Below, piece by piece: positions 27,810-40,726 of a stretch of DNA of 64,000 bases. Each line of letters starts with the position of its first letter. Within the stretch, counting starts at the first letter, position 1. The notes beneath the pieces are model-generated. The model was not told the origin of the DNA and did not search any database. It saw only the letters and a program-made list of their open reading frames with translations. The position numbers and the translations under genes are program-made. Origin of the DNA: Hydrolagus affinis. Lineage: Eukaryota. Where the stretch lies: NCBI GenBank assembly GCA_012026655.1, contig JAAILG010000838.1:1-64000 (forward strand), given 5' to 3'.

Positions 27810-28385
27810 TACAACAATAACAACAAAATTACATTTATAGAGCTCCTTTCACATCAGGAGGACGTCCCAAGGCGCTGAACAGTTACGTTGGGACCCGAGC
27901 GGGGGGTGGGAGGAAGGGTCAGGGTAAGGGTGGGGGGAAGGAAAGTAGGAAAGGGGGGAGAGTTAGGAGGGCAGCAGAAGGCACAGTCGAAGAGGAAAGT
28001 CTTGAGACTGGCCTTGAAGGAGGATGCGAGGCGAAGAGATTGCGGGATGGAGTTCCAGAGTGTGGGGGCAGAGAGGCTAAAAAGCCTGGCCACCGATGGT
28101 AGGGTGGTTCAGGCGGGGACATGGAGCAGGCTAGAGCCTGCTGAGTGGAGGGGATAGGGAGACAGCAGGTTAGAGAGGTAGGCGGGGGCAACGCCATGAA
28201 TGGCCTTGAAGGTGAGGATGAGGATCTTGAATTCGATCCTCTGGGGATGGGGAGCCAGTGGTGACAGGCGAAGGTGGGAGTGATGTGGTCTCGGAGCCTA
28301 GTGCGGGAGAGTACACGAGCTGCAGAGTTCTCAATACTGTAAACTGCAGTTTGTGAGGGGAGGAGCTGGGAAGGCCGACGAGATT
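27810..28385 (-). mobile_element. L2-type LINE 3' fragment (an older related copy lies at about 27045-27670)
   Basis: SAPTLWNSIPQSLR motif and AAC tail; same family as the copy at 1-750. Confidence 0.85.
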
Positions 28386-31300
28386 ACAGCGAGGTTTCAG
28401 ACTAATTTCAAGGTATTTGCATATATTGAAGAACTGGAACTAGCTGACAGAAAAAGGGACCCATTCCCTTTTCCTGGTTCTATGCATGTGTGATTGCCAC
28501 TGGCAGAATTTAATAAAAAGCACTGGCACCCCCTTTGTTAAGAGCCTATTTGTCTATGGCGAGGAATAGTAAAGGAGAGCTGAAAAACGTGTCCAACTGA
28601 ATATTATCTTTAAACACTCACCACAAAAATACTTTTGTAAGGCAGTAAAATAAAAATAATAATAATATCCTTACATTTGATATAGTGCCTTATCAGATTG
28701 ATGAGACGTCTCAAAGTGCTTCACAGAACATACTGAAAAGTGAATTGACTGTATATTTTTGGTGCAAAACGTGGCAGCCAATTGCACACAGCAGTGTCCC
28801 ACAGTCAAGGATTGAATTTATTAGGATAGATAACTTAAGGAGCCTTGAGAAATATTTGCACCAGCAGAGTGAATAGGTCTCATGAGGTCTCACTGGAGGA
28901 TTAGAAGGATGTTTTTTTAGCTGCTGCCAGACAAATAATAATCCTTGCATTAAGGACCTGAGTTAGGTCATAGCTGAAGAAGACTAGTTGGTCCTGGCAG
29001 ATGTTTTGTGGACATTTTAATCATCATTTCTGCAGGTTCACTGAACAATTTAAGATATTTGCTCTCTGAGCAACTCCCTGGAGGGGCAACCTAGGAAAAC
29101 ACCTGGAAATTAATAATAACTTCCGCTTCTGTGCACCTTACATGTAAAATAAATGACTCAAAAGCATTTTACAAAACATAATTGATTAGAAATGAAAGTG
29201 AACATTGTTCAATGGACACACAAAGTAACCATTCTATACCACCCAACATCTCATGAACAACAATGAGATGAGCAGCCAATTTGTCTGAAATTGGGCATAA
29301 ATTTGGAGAGGGGGAAACTCAGTTTTGGTTGGTGCCTGAGGCAACAGAAGCAGTTGAGCTGGTACCTTCTTGTGTGGACCCAGAAATAATAGTAATAATA
29401 ACAATAATAAACCTTGCATTCGATATAGTGTCTTATCACATCTTCGCGACGTCTCAATGTGCCTCACAGAATATACTGTAAAGTGAATTGATTGTATATT
29501 ATGTGGGCAAAATGGGGCAGCCAGTTGCGCACGGCAGTGTCCCACACAGTTGTGAATTGAAGTGACCAAATTATTACTATTAATGCGGGAAAGATTCCAC
29601 CCAGTGTTAATTGTAAATCCCAGAGATAGATTGTTGGAACGGAATGTACGTTCTCTGCCTGGAGGGATGCAGCCTGATTACCTAATTCCAGATTGTACAG
29701 TACTGTATTAGGCGCAGGTTGGCGAGAGCCAAGGCTTGAGGACCCCGGAGTGCACATGGAGTCTAACCAGTTAAAACCATGTATCTTACAATTGATATTG
29801 CTGTCCAGCAAACTTTCCTGCTACTTGTCCAGCTAGGACCACCCTTACCTTATTTTAGGGCTTTGGTTTGTACGGTTAACAGGAGCTGAGCGGATGACTC
29901 CCTGTCCCCAGTGACTGATCTGCCCTTCCAGGGCCCGCCAACGAGCTAGGCTGCCTGTGCTGTCATCATCAGTGCAATACTGCTGACCCACCTGCCTCAG
30001 GAACAGCATTACGGAGACCGTTGCAGATGACTGGCTTGATTCTGATATTCCATTGCCAGACATGCTACAAAGAGACCCTGCTTACCACACCCCGAAGGAG
30101 GACAGTCACCAGCTGAACGTTCAAAATCCATCAAGCCTAGGTTTGAGCCTCACTAGGTGGATGGTAGGTACAATGCACCCCCTGCAAGCTTCCCAGTGGG
30201 CAACACATTCTCAGCATGAAATACATGAGATCATTGCCACTGTCTTCCTGTCCGCAGCTCGAGGAAATGTCCCTTCCCATTGACTGATGGCTCCACCAAA
30301 CAGAGATGAGGAGTTTAAACAGCAGCAGCTTGACTTTCCGCAGGCTCTGATTGTACATGTGTTCATAAACTCCAAATCCAGATAACATCTTCTAGCAGCC
30401 TTCCCCTCAAGCCTCAGTTTCCTCCTTAGTTATCTGGCAGGCATCTACCTTCAGCGCTGGGGGAGAAGACCTTTACAGGACAGCTTGTGATGTGCCAGCA
30501 TCCTTGATGTTCTCAAGGTCCAAGTCAATGTCGTGTACCAGGCTTACTCAGCACCAGCTGCTTAATCATGTCCCCATGTGTGTGGCTTTGTCTCCAGGAT
30601 GCTTACAAAATCAACCACAACAAAATTAACATTTGTATAGTGCCTTTCACATTGGGAAAACGTCCCGAGGGCGCCGGACAGTCAATATTTCAGACCCGAG
30701 CTGGGGTCGGGATCAAGGAGGGTGGAGGGAAAGGAGGGGATTTGGGGTGACCGATGGGAACCATCATTGAAGAGGAGGGTCCTGAGGCCGGACTTGAAGG
30801 AGGCTAGGGAGAGGGTGAGGCGGATGGACTGCGGGATGGAATTCCAGAGGTTAGGGGCAGAGTGGCTGAAGGCTCGTCTGCAGACGATGTGAGCAGGGGG
30901 TGATTCTGGATTGTGACCAGGAACGGGAATCCAGGCTATTTGCTCTTTCCCCAACCCAGAGGGGCTGAGACCGATTGGAGGACCCAACTGTTGCCACGGC
31001 AACACAGGGATTTTCCAATTATTTTCTAGGTTTATCCACTAAAGGCAGCCGGCAATGGAAGGCCAAGAATGATGTTGCCGCAGTATCTTGCAGATGAACT
31101 TGTCAACAGCCTCAGCCTACATGAATGTGCTGACCACAACATACCCCGCAATTTGCAAACATCTGCCAGAAAATCGTCAGCAAAGATAGATAGAAAGCTG
31201 ATAACTCGAATTTACAGGCCGAGCACAAGTGATGGGGTTTATCACTATTTCAGTTGCATTTATTCATAGCAGGAGTGGTTAATAACAATGTGGAATCGCA

Positions 31301-31943
31301 AATAAGTGGGAGTGTATCACTTAGATTCACTCCGGAAGTAGATTGTGTCAGTTAAGAGTTCCTGTAGGTTAGCATGCTGTACTTCCAGTCAACAGAAGGA
31401 GTCACTGTTTACTTTGTTACATGCTGCATTTAGACCCAGATGTGTTTTTAAAAAAGGCTTCTCTCACAATGCAGTTGTCATGGTACAACTGATCCCAATG
31501 GCAGGAGTAAAATGAGTGAAGATGATTTGTCAGGAGGCAATTTGGAGGTGAGCAGCGAAGGTCATAGGATTCTAGTTTAAAATCCTTCAGAGAAACAGAT
31601 GTCACTGGAATTGGTTACATACGTGGAATAAAGAAGGAAATGTAATGCTTCCCATGCTGTAATACTATGTATAGCACTAAACGTCTGGTAGGGAATCCCT
31701 CTCCTCTAAATAATTAGTTTTCAGTACGCATGGGAATAAAACCAATCAAAGCTGCCTAGCTGTTGTTTTCAATAGTGGTAACTAGTTTTAAGATCATTGA
31801 CTAATTTGGCAATGCTCGTTTTGTTAATAAAAGTTCATTTTTCATTCTAAAACAATTATGCCAGTGGTGACGTGATGTGAACTGTTCTTGTTACTGATGG
31901 CGCTTTGCTGGCTAATAAGATCCATTTCCCTCCTTTCATGAAG

Positions 31944-31986
31944 GATGGTGGTTGCAGCTGCCCAGGTGATGTTGCCAAAGCCTTTG
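31944..31986 (+). CDS. GMPR: GMPR coding exon 7 (DGGCSCPGDVAKAFG)
   Basis: Acceptor catgaAG, 43 bp, donor GTaaga. DGG phosphate-binding motif; phases match exons 6 and 8. Confidence 0.95.
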
Positions 31987-33421
31987 GTAAGATTTACATC
32001 TCATAATTTTAATTAATCCAGCAGTACACCCATCCGTGTATGTATCTTCACTCACCTCCCCAACTTAGATCTACCCAGGGGCGCTCATGAGTGACGTTAT
32101 GAACTTTCTGCATGCGGAACAGACAACCATTCTGTTCATTAAAAGGCCTTCATACGATACTTTAGATCAAAAGACTTCTTTCCTAAATGCAATATTCACC
32201 AGTTACCCCACTTACAATAGAACCTGTGAAGTGCTTTGGGCATCCTCCCACTGTTAATATATATGTGTCTGCATTACCTCGTGAGTCAGAAGGTTGTGGC
32301 TTCAAGCTCCTTGAACCCTTGGAGCTTGAACCCACTTGGGACTTGGAATCAGATACCTTGGGGCGTGTTACATTGTTGGAAGTGCTATCCCTCGGATGAA
32401 ACGTTAAACCAAGTCCTGTCTGTCCGCTCAGGTAATAATAATCCTTGCATTTGATATAGAGCCCTATTCAAATATTGAGATATGTCAAAGCACTTATCTA
32501 TATTTTGTGAGCGAAACACAGGCACCAATTTACACAGCAGTGTCCCACAAGCAGTCATGGATTGAGTGACCAATTTATTATTTTTTTAAGAAGTTATTAC
32601 TCCAGAAAAACAATTTGCCAAACAACTAACAACCAGGTTCCTACTTACTGCTAGGCAAACAGAGACGTGGAGTAAGGGTATTTGCCCAACGTTTCACCCT
32701 CAAGACTAAATCTCTCACTTGCGAGTCAAGTGCGCTAACCACTGAGCTACAGAACTCCACAATTTGATAGTAATTTGATCACGTACCACTATTAGTTATT
32801 CGGATAGATTCATCAGTGGACTAAACCCTGCTGACAAGACGCCAGTTAAACCACAGTCCATTGTGTAAATGGATAGAAAGGTTCACTCCAGGATTGTTTT
32901 TCTAAAAAGATTTAAGTATTATTAAAAAGTAGGACAGTTACTAATTTTAATTGAGCTATTTTGGGGATATGATTATGCATTGATCTGACCTTTGCCAAGA
33001 GATATATTGAGTCGGAGTGATTAGAAGGCAGTAATACGATCAAGGGGTTCAAATGATATCAGAAACAGCTTGAGTAATTTGTCAGTTACCTGATTCCAAC
33101 GGTTGAATTACTGACGGTGCTCCTTCACTGCCCTTCCAGGATTGATTTTTTTAAAATTAGATGACATAATAACCTCTTCCATTCTCACCCTTGGGGTCTC
33201 ACCAGGTGTTGTTGCAAATATTGTGCACTTCCAGCTGAAGAGTTACAAATAAATCCGATTTTCTTCCCATCAACATGGCGATAGCCAAAAACTGTGTTGC
33301 AATACTTAATGGTGTGTAGAATAATTACTTTGTGTGTAGACTAATTACTTTGCACCAATGCAGAGAGTAATATCTCCGCTAATTGGTTTCTGTGTGTTTG
33401 CATGCTTGTTTGTGTGCATAC

Positions 33422-33445
33422 GTGTGTGTGTGTGTGTGTGTGTGT
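33422..33445. repeat. (GT)n microsatellite within a TG/TC low-complexity tract
   Basis: Read directly from the sequence. Confidence 0.9.
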
Positions 33446-34718
33446 TTCTCTCTCTGCCTCTCCAGCTCTTTTGTGTCTTTGTGTGCATTGCTCTCTCTCT
33501 CTCTTTCTGTCTATTGTGTATGTGCGCGTCTTTACCTGGCTCTCTCTTTCCACAATCGCATGTGTCAGTCGGGCTCAGTCAAGTACTTTGAATTTACATA
33601 ATCTAGATTGGAGGTGCACTGTTTTGTAGGAGGTGCCATCCTTTGGATGAGATATTAAACCAAAGTCCTGTGGGCCTGTCAGATGGACATTAAAGATCCT
33701 ATGGCATTATTTTAAGAGTTTCTTGCAGTGTCCTAGCCAACAAGCCTCCAGACAAAATTGGTCACTCGTGTCCTGAATGGCTGTGCGCTAATGCTACGGA
33801 CAAATTGTCTGCCACATTTGCACAAAAATGTAATGTCACTACACTACAGTAAACCCTGTGAGGTACTTTGAGATTTCCTTCTAACATGATATGGTGCAAT
33901 GTTAAAATTGAGAATTATTATTATCTTTCTCCCCATCTCTAACTTTGTGGATGCATGGGTATTTTTCTCTCTTTTTCTTCGCCTCTGCTTCTCTAGCTCT
34001 GAGGTGTGTATGTGTGTTTCTCTGTGTCTCTAACTCTGTGCGTGTTTCCCTCGCTCTCTCTATGCCTCTCTGGATCCCACACTAGGCTCCGAGAGCCTAT
34101 CACCGACAACCTCTCATTCTCCACTGGCTTCTCATTCCCCAATGGATCGAGTTCAAGAACCTCACCGTAATCTTTGAAGCCCTTCATAATCTTCCCCTCT
34201 GCGACCTCCTCAACCTTACTGATCTGTCTGTTCCCTCCACTCAGTGGGCACCAACTGGCTTCATGTCCCTCGGGACTATTGGCGATCGGAGTTTCAGCAT
34301 ATCTGCTCCAACTCTCTGGAATTCCATTAACTCCCCCTTCCCTCTCCCCCTGGCTCGGTGCCAGCCACCGCTACTGTCACGTACTCAGGGACACTACCCC
34401 GCGTGTAGGGCGCTATATAAATTCAAGTTGTTGTCGTCGTTAAGGCCTTGGGGCATTCTCTTTACGAGAACGGAGCGATACAACTGTAAATTTGTAGTGT
34501 ATTTATTTTTGATAATGTTTCCCACTCTAACAGAATTAATTGTGTGTTAGTTGGGGGTGTGGTGGGGGGCACTGGAGTCGGGACCTATTCAGGTTCAAAT
34601 CCCTGACTGTCCAGTGCCTTGGGTCATTCTCCTGACGTGAAAGGTGCTTTACAAATGTAAGTTGTTGTTGCACTCATAATGGCTATGTTACTGAGCCGCT
34701 CTCTTGGTCTGTTTGCAG

Positions 34719-34878
34719 GAGCCGGAGCTGACTTTGTGATGCTGGGAGGAATGTTTGCTGGTCACGATCAGTGCGCCGGAGAAATCGTCGAGAAAAACGG
34801 CAAACTGATGAAGCTCTTCTATGGGATGAGCTCTGATACAGCCATGAAGAAGCACGCTGGGGGAGTGGCTGAGTACAG
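34719..34878 (+). CDS. GMPR: GMPR coding exon 8 ([21 protein letters not shown]...[21 protein letters not shown])
   Basis: Acceptor gtttgcAG, 160 bp, donor GTaatg. FYGMSS motif. Confidence 0.97.
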
Positions 34879-35917
34879 GTAATGGGACTTGGAACAACAA
34901 ACACCACTGTGTTCACTGACACACGACGCGAAGGGCTCTATACAGTACAAACGTAATTTGTTGTTGTTAACAAACACAGTAAAATGCCACCGTCTCTTCA
35001 TGGAAGAGTGTGCACGTTTTTTTATGCGCAAGCTTAGTTCTTTAGAAACTTTGAAAAAAACGACAACCACTTGCATTTATATGTTGTCCTTCACCCGTGC
35101 ACCACCTTTCATGTAGAAAATGCATTTCACAGAGACTTTGAAGAAGTCAAACCTGGAAGAGATGAATGAATGGACAGGGGTTTGGGAAGCATTTGGATGA
35201 GATATAAGTTCAGTAATAAATAGTGTTAGCGATGAGGCACAAGTTGAATAACCAAATGTCAATAATAGCCAAAATTTGCAAAACATTCCAATAAGTTTTT
35301 CATCAACTTGCCTTTAAAAACAGCCAATGTGCTTTACAGTAAACTCGGCAAAGCGCTTTGAGACATTTTGACATGATCTAAACTGCTGTATCAAATGGCA
35401 AGGATTTATTGTTATACCATGGAAGGTTACTTTGCGATGATAGAAATACAGTATTTATAGCAGCAAAAACAAGCTGAGGTATCACTACTTTGTACACAAA
35501 CATGACAAAATGGCCTTGGATAGTTACCATGGTGGCAGACGCCACTTAGAAATGGATTTCAACCTTTTTAATGGAGTTTTCTCTTTTTTCTTAGAAATGG
35601 ATTTAAACCTTTTTAATGGCGTTTTCTCTGCAGCTTTCATATTTTTTTAACCTTACAGCAACAGTAAATGTTAGGAAACTTGCCCAAGGTTTTGTCCTGC
35701 CTGGAATCGAACCCAAGTCTCCGCTTGTAATGCCTTTCCCATCAGGAGGACCTTGTTCGTCAGCGTGGATCAGTTGTTAGAAGTCCTGCCTTTGAGTCAG
35801 AAAGTTGTTCCAACCCCATATTGGGACTTGGATTTCATATAGTCTAGTCTGACACCAATGCGGTGCCGGATTTTCTGTATTGACAGAGGTGCTGTCCTTT
35901 CAATGAACCATTCTACA

Positions 35918-36192
35918 TGTGAGACCTGTGTTCGAATCCAGGCAGATCAGGGTGAAACCTTGGGCGAGTTTCCTTACTCCACATGCCAATAGTAATCCCT
36001 CCAAAAAAAAACACAATAATAAAAATTGGTCATTTCAATCCACGACTGTTTGTGGGATACTGCTGTGCGCAATTGGCTGCCGCGTTTCGCCCACAAATAT
36101 ACAGCCAATTCACTTTACAGTATATTCTGTGAAGTGCTTTGAGATATCGATAAGATGTGAAAAGCGCTGTATCAAATGCAAGGATTATTATT
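35918..36192 (+). mobile_element. 5'-truncated SINE copy just upstream of GMPR exon 9
   Basis: B-box gttcgaatcc, body and ATT tail. Further copies lie at about 2207-2620(+), 18933-19578(-, interrupted by a LINE) and 32433-32759(-). Confidence 0.8.
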
Positions 36193-36249
36193 ATATTTAT
36201 TACATGACTCTATGTAACACCTAGGTTCACTCTGTTCTTTTACACCCAG

Positions 36250-36430
36250 GGCCTCGGAAGGTCGGACAGTGGAAGTCCCATACAAAGGAGATGTGGAAAG
36301 CACCATCCTGGACATTTTAGGAGGACTGCGCTCCACTTGCACATACGTTGGAGCCGCTAAACTGAAGGAACTGAGCCGAAGAACCACATTCATCCGAGTC
36401 ACTCAACAGTTTAACCAAATGTTTTCTTAA
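36250..36430 (+). CDS. GMPR: GMPR last coding exon 9 ([59 protein letters not shown])
   Basis: Acceptor cacccAG, 181 bp ending in TAA at 36428-36430. [12 protein letters not shown] motif. The GMPR1 (not GMPR2) call rests on adjacency to ATXN1. Confidence 0.95.
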
Positions 36431-36823
36431 TTTGGAATCTGATACACTGATAGAAACTAAGGGAGAGTTTCATTTGCACAGCAGTCTCTTAAGTTAAGAG
36501 TTTAAATTTCATTTTATTTTAAAAGACGCACAGTGCAATAGTATTTAATTAACCATTTTAAACCTGCTGAACAAATTGTAAATGTTGTCTCCAGAAGACC
36601 ATTATAATAATAATCGTTAGATTTGATATAGCGCTTTTCAGTCTTTTAGACATCTCAAAGCGCTTCACAGAATATGTTGTAAAGTGAATTGAGTGCACAG
36701 TATATTTGTGTGCGAAACATTGATCAAACAGTTACATTTGCACTAACTGTGTTTATCTGCTTTGTGCAGTCAAAGAAATTGTTTGGCTGTGAGGTGTTCT
36801 TTCACTGGAGACAAATCTTGTTC

Positions 36824-37590
36824 AATAAAGACTTTAGTGCATTGCTTTCAGATATTTATTTAAATGCACCGCATTCTTGTTCAGTGCAAAAATGATCTCC
36901 AATTTTTAGCATGCCTTTTTCAGGAGGTTACAAGTTTAGATAAGTGTAGTTAAATGTATTCTGCGGTGCAAAAAGTTATTTATTTGAGGTTGGTTTTATT
37001 TTATGATTGTGCTAATGGGGCGGCAAATGGAAATTACATGCCTCAAGTAAAGAGTTCATTTCAAATGAACACAAGGAATATAAAAAGTATGGTTTAGCCT
37101 TTTAAAAACTGCACTACGCCAGCACATTTTTAAATAGTAGAATCACAACAACAGTAGGAAAAAGCCTCTCACATTCAACCAGAGACAAGTTCCCCAGGAA
37201 AGCAAGGCGCCAACGTTTTAGTACTATTGTCTGAAATTGATGAGTATTTCTGCTCGGTTTGTGTGTTCTTGAATCGAAGGGTACACCTGGCTGCTTTATT
37301 TCATTTTGTTTTCAGAGACACTTCAATGTACTAAAATTCTGAAAATCAAAATAAACGGTATTTTTCACTTAGATCCCTGCTGCTGTTCAAGGCTTTGGCA
37401 ATTACAATAGCCACAAGTAATTTCTGGAGTAAGACATTCCTTTTACTGCAGTTTTGACAAATAAAATTATTTGCTTTCCCGTGCTCTGTGTGTTGTTATC
37501 TAAACCTACAATAGTGTTGAATCTTAATCTGGAATTAAATAGACAGGCTCTGAAAATCTAGTTGTTTTATACATAGGGAATCCTTAATAA
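36824..37590 (+). promoter_or_regulatory. Candidate GMPR polyadenylation signals
   Basis: AATAAA at 36824, 37350, 37460 and 37585. The one at 37460 is followed by a GT-rich tract. The site actually used cannot be determined from sequence. Confidence 0.45.
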
Positions 37591-40255
37591 AGTTTTACTA
37601 TACTTAGTGTCACCGTGCAATCATCTTACATGAGATTGCCCCAAGGAGTTAGTCACATAACAAAATTACATTATAGAATGCTAATCATTCTCTAAGAAGG
37701 TACAACACATTTAGCTGCACCATATACATCTTTTAAATCCCTTTTTAACTGGCTGGGGATTGGTGTTTTGCGTTTTCATCTCGCCAAAACAGCTGCATTG
37801 AGAAAGGCAACTGGCAAGTAAGTCCCAGGTAGCGGGAAATGTGAAGCTAGATTGCTTTTCCACAAGGGAAAGTAAATAACAACAACAAAATTACATTTGT
37901 ATTGCATAACCAATAAACAAGGATTTGGTTAACTGTTCAAAGAGCCATGATATAAAAGGGCACAAGAGAAGTAGGCCATTCAGCCTCTCGGGCAGGTTCT
38001 GCCATTCTTTAATATCCATGACTGATCTCTACCACAACTCCAATTACCCCCCAAAAAGAAGTTAAAACTAACCCAGATGAAGTAGGGTGTATCTGCGCGC
38101 GCGTGTGTGTATGTGTGTATGAGGCCTAATTTATTTCAAAATATCTGTTTACAATACAATTCACACTTTTGTGATGGATGGACACTAACAATTCTGCTGG
38201 GCACCGGGGTTGACGGTGGGCTTTACAGCCCCAAAAGATATTCATGTCTTACAAAAAAATTTGCAAGTTGGCATTCCATTCCTGTAGCAATTCTCACTTT
38301 GTGAACCACATCTCTGCCAAGTGGCATTTTGACACAAACTCATTCACAAAGCTAAGTGCTCCCAACTTGCCCCAATCACTTCAAGAGTAAAAGGTGTTCT
38401 TTCCAACGTGGTGTCCATTTCATCTTTGTTCTTAACCTCTCTTGTTTCTGTATTTATCTTCAAAGTGAAATCAGTACAAACATGGAAATCACAACAGACA
38501 TTATAAGTTACACATCCTCTTTGAAAAGTTAGGAAAGTTATGGTTGGAAAGTTGCAGACGAACAGGAATGTTTAGGCAAGCAAGAGTCACAGCGAGATTC
38601 TGTTGTTCAACTCACAGAATTAGGAAAACAACAAATAAACAAAATCGGGTATAAAGATAGAATGTGCTGAAAATATGTTGCAAGATGATAGGTTAATGCC
38701 TACAAAATACAGTCACTGGCCTTTACAGTATATCCTATGAAGTGCTATGAGCTGTCCTCCCCACATAAAAAGCATTCTATAAAATGTCAGTTTATTATTT
38801 TATAGGAGAGCACTAAAGATGAAAATGTCAGATGAAATCCAGTCATTTCACTTTATATAAAAGTGTGACTTATACAATTCTGACATCCGTGGCTTTGATA
38901 AGTTATGCTTTTAAGTTCTGCCAGCACAGGTTTCGTCTTCAATGATCCCTCTCCTACGGTTTTCAACATTTGTACTCCTGGTTCACTGCCTTGCTGGTGT
39001 TGCTTCTCTCTGCAACTACAATAAGATTTCTGTGGCTTGGACCACATTGTGGGGTCTAATTCATTGTATTTCTGATTGAGGAATTTGAGTAGCATAAATT
39101 GGGACTCCCTGCTAAACACACATGGGATACACAGACTACATCTCACCCAATCTGCTTCAAAGTGGATTTTCTGCGTTCAACAGATCAATGTAAATTTTAA
39201 TGGAATTCCTTGTGAAGAACTATCACTAACCAAATCTCATGAATGTGTACACTGTAATCAGATAAGAATAACCCTTGCATTTGATACAGCGCTTTATCAC
39301 GTCTGTGAAACGTCTCAAAGTGATTCACAGAATACTGTAAAGTGAATTATTTTGTGAGCGATATACGTGTAATAAGTGCATTAATTGGTGTTGAAGAACA
39401 AGTGAACACTGGAAATGGATAATAGATGTACATGTTTTAGATAACAGATGTTTGCTGGAATAAGATATGAGGTGTGCATCGGAATTGTGATCATCCTGAT
39501 CCTCGCATTCGACATAGTGCCTTATCATGTCCTTCAGATGTCTCGAAGCGTTTCACAAATTTTAAAGATTACCTATGTGTAGGCAAATTCAGCAGCCAAT
39601 TTGTGCCACATCAATGTCCCACAAACAGAAAGGAATGACCAATTTGTATCTGGGGGATTTGATAGTCAGGACACCCGATGAAACTTCCTTATCTTTTCAA
39701 ATAGTGCAATGGGATCTTCAAAGTCTCATCCAAAGTTTGGCACCTCCAAAAATGCTGTGCACCCCCAGCACTGCATTACGAGCGGCAGTCTACACTATTA
39801 GCTCAAATTCCCCAAATGGGTTTTGAACTCAACCTTCTGACTCAGGTGAGGCGAGTGCTACCAACTGTCTGTCACCTGATTTTGATAATAGGTACACTGG
39901 CATCAGGTATTCATTAAGGTACAGAAAGCGGCCAGCTTTCATACTAAAATTAGAAACTTAAATTCTTTTTAAAAAAATGTATCGTCTTTCTATTTTTGTT
40001 AGTACTTCTGCAATCGCTATGAATTTCAGCGAGATAAATGCGAGGATGGTGAGGAACCATGTCTGTGTGCAAGGTTGCTCTGCAATGGGGGCAAGGCACC
40101 GCAATAAAAGGGAAACATCACTCACATTAACATTATGATAATGATAATAATAATCCTAGCAATTGATATAGCATTTCATCATGTCATCAAAATGTCTCAA
40201 AGTGAACCACAGAATATACAGCAAAGTGAATTGACTATGTTTTGTGGGTGAAGAT

Positions 40256-40652
40256 TAGTGTCCGGCGATATATCGGTATAATTTTTCATATCGATATGCC
40301 GATATCGGAAATTTGAATATATCGGTATATCGAAAAATTTGCTATATAAAAAAAATTGGTATATCGCAAATATCGGTATATCGTGTCCGGCGATATATCG
40401 ATATATCGGTTATATCGGTATAAAGCGAACTTTTTCAACTTACCTTGTCGCCGGCATTGCAAACCTCCTGGGCCTAGAGCACGGAATGCACGCGCACATC
40501 CAAATGCGTGCGCACCCCCGAATGCATGCGCACCTCCAAATGCGCACGCATGCGCAGGATAAAAAAAACTCGCGATATCGATATATCGGTATATATCGAT
40601 ATGGGCAAACCAATATATCGATATCGGAAAATTTCCATATCGACGGACCCTA
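40256..40652. mobile_element. Non-autonomous hAT DNA transposon (MITE), 397 bp
   Basis: Perfect 8-bp TSD GTGAAGAT (40248-40255 and 40653-40660). 16-bp TIRs TAGTGTCCGGCGATAT / TAGGGTCCGTCGATAT (14/16). Subterminal ATATCG arrays. Confidence 0.9.
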
Positions 40653-40726
40653 GTGAAGATATAGTTGGGAATATAAAGGTCTGAGAAAAGAATCACCACG
40701 AGAAACAAGCAACTAGAGGAAACAGT

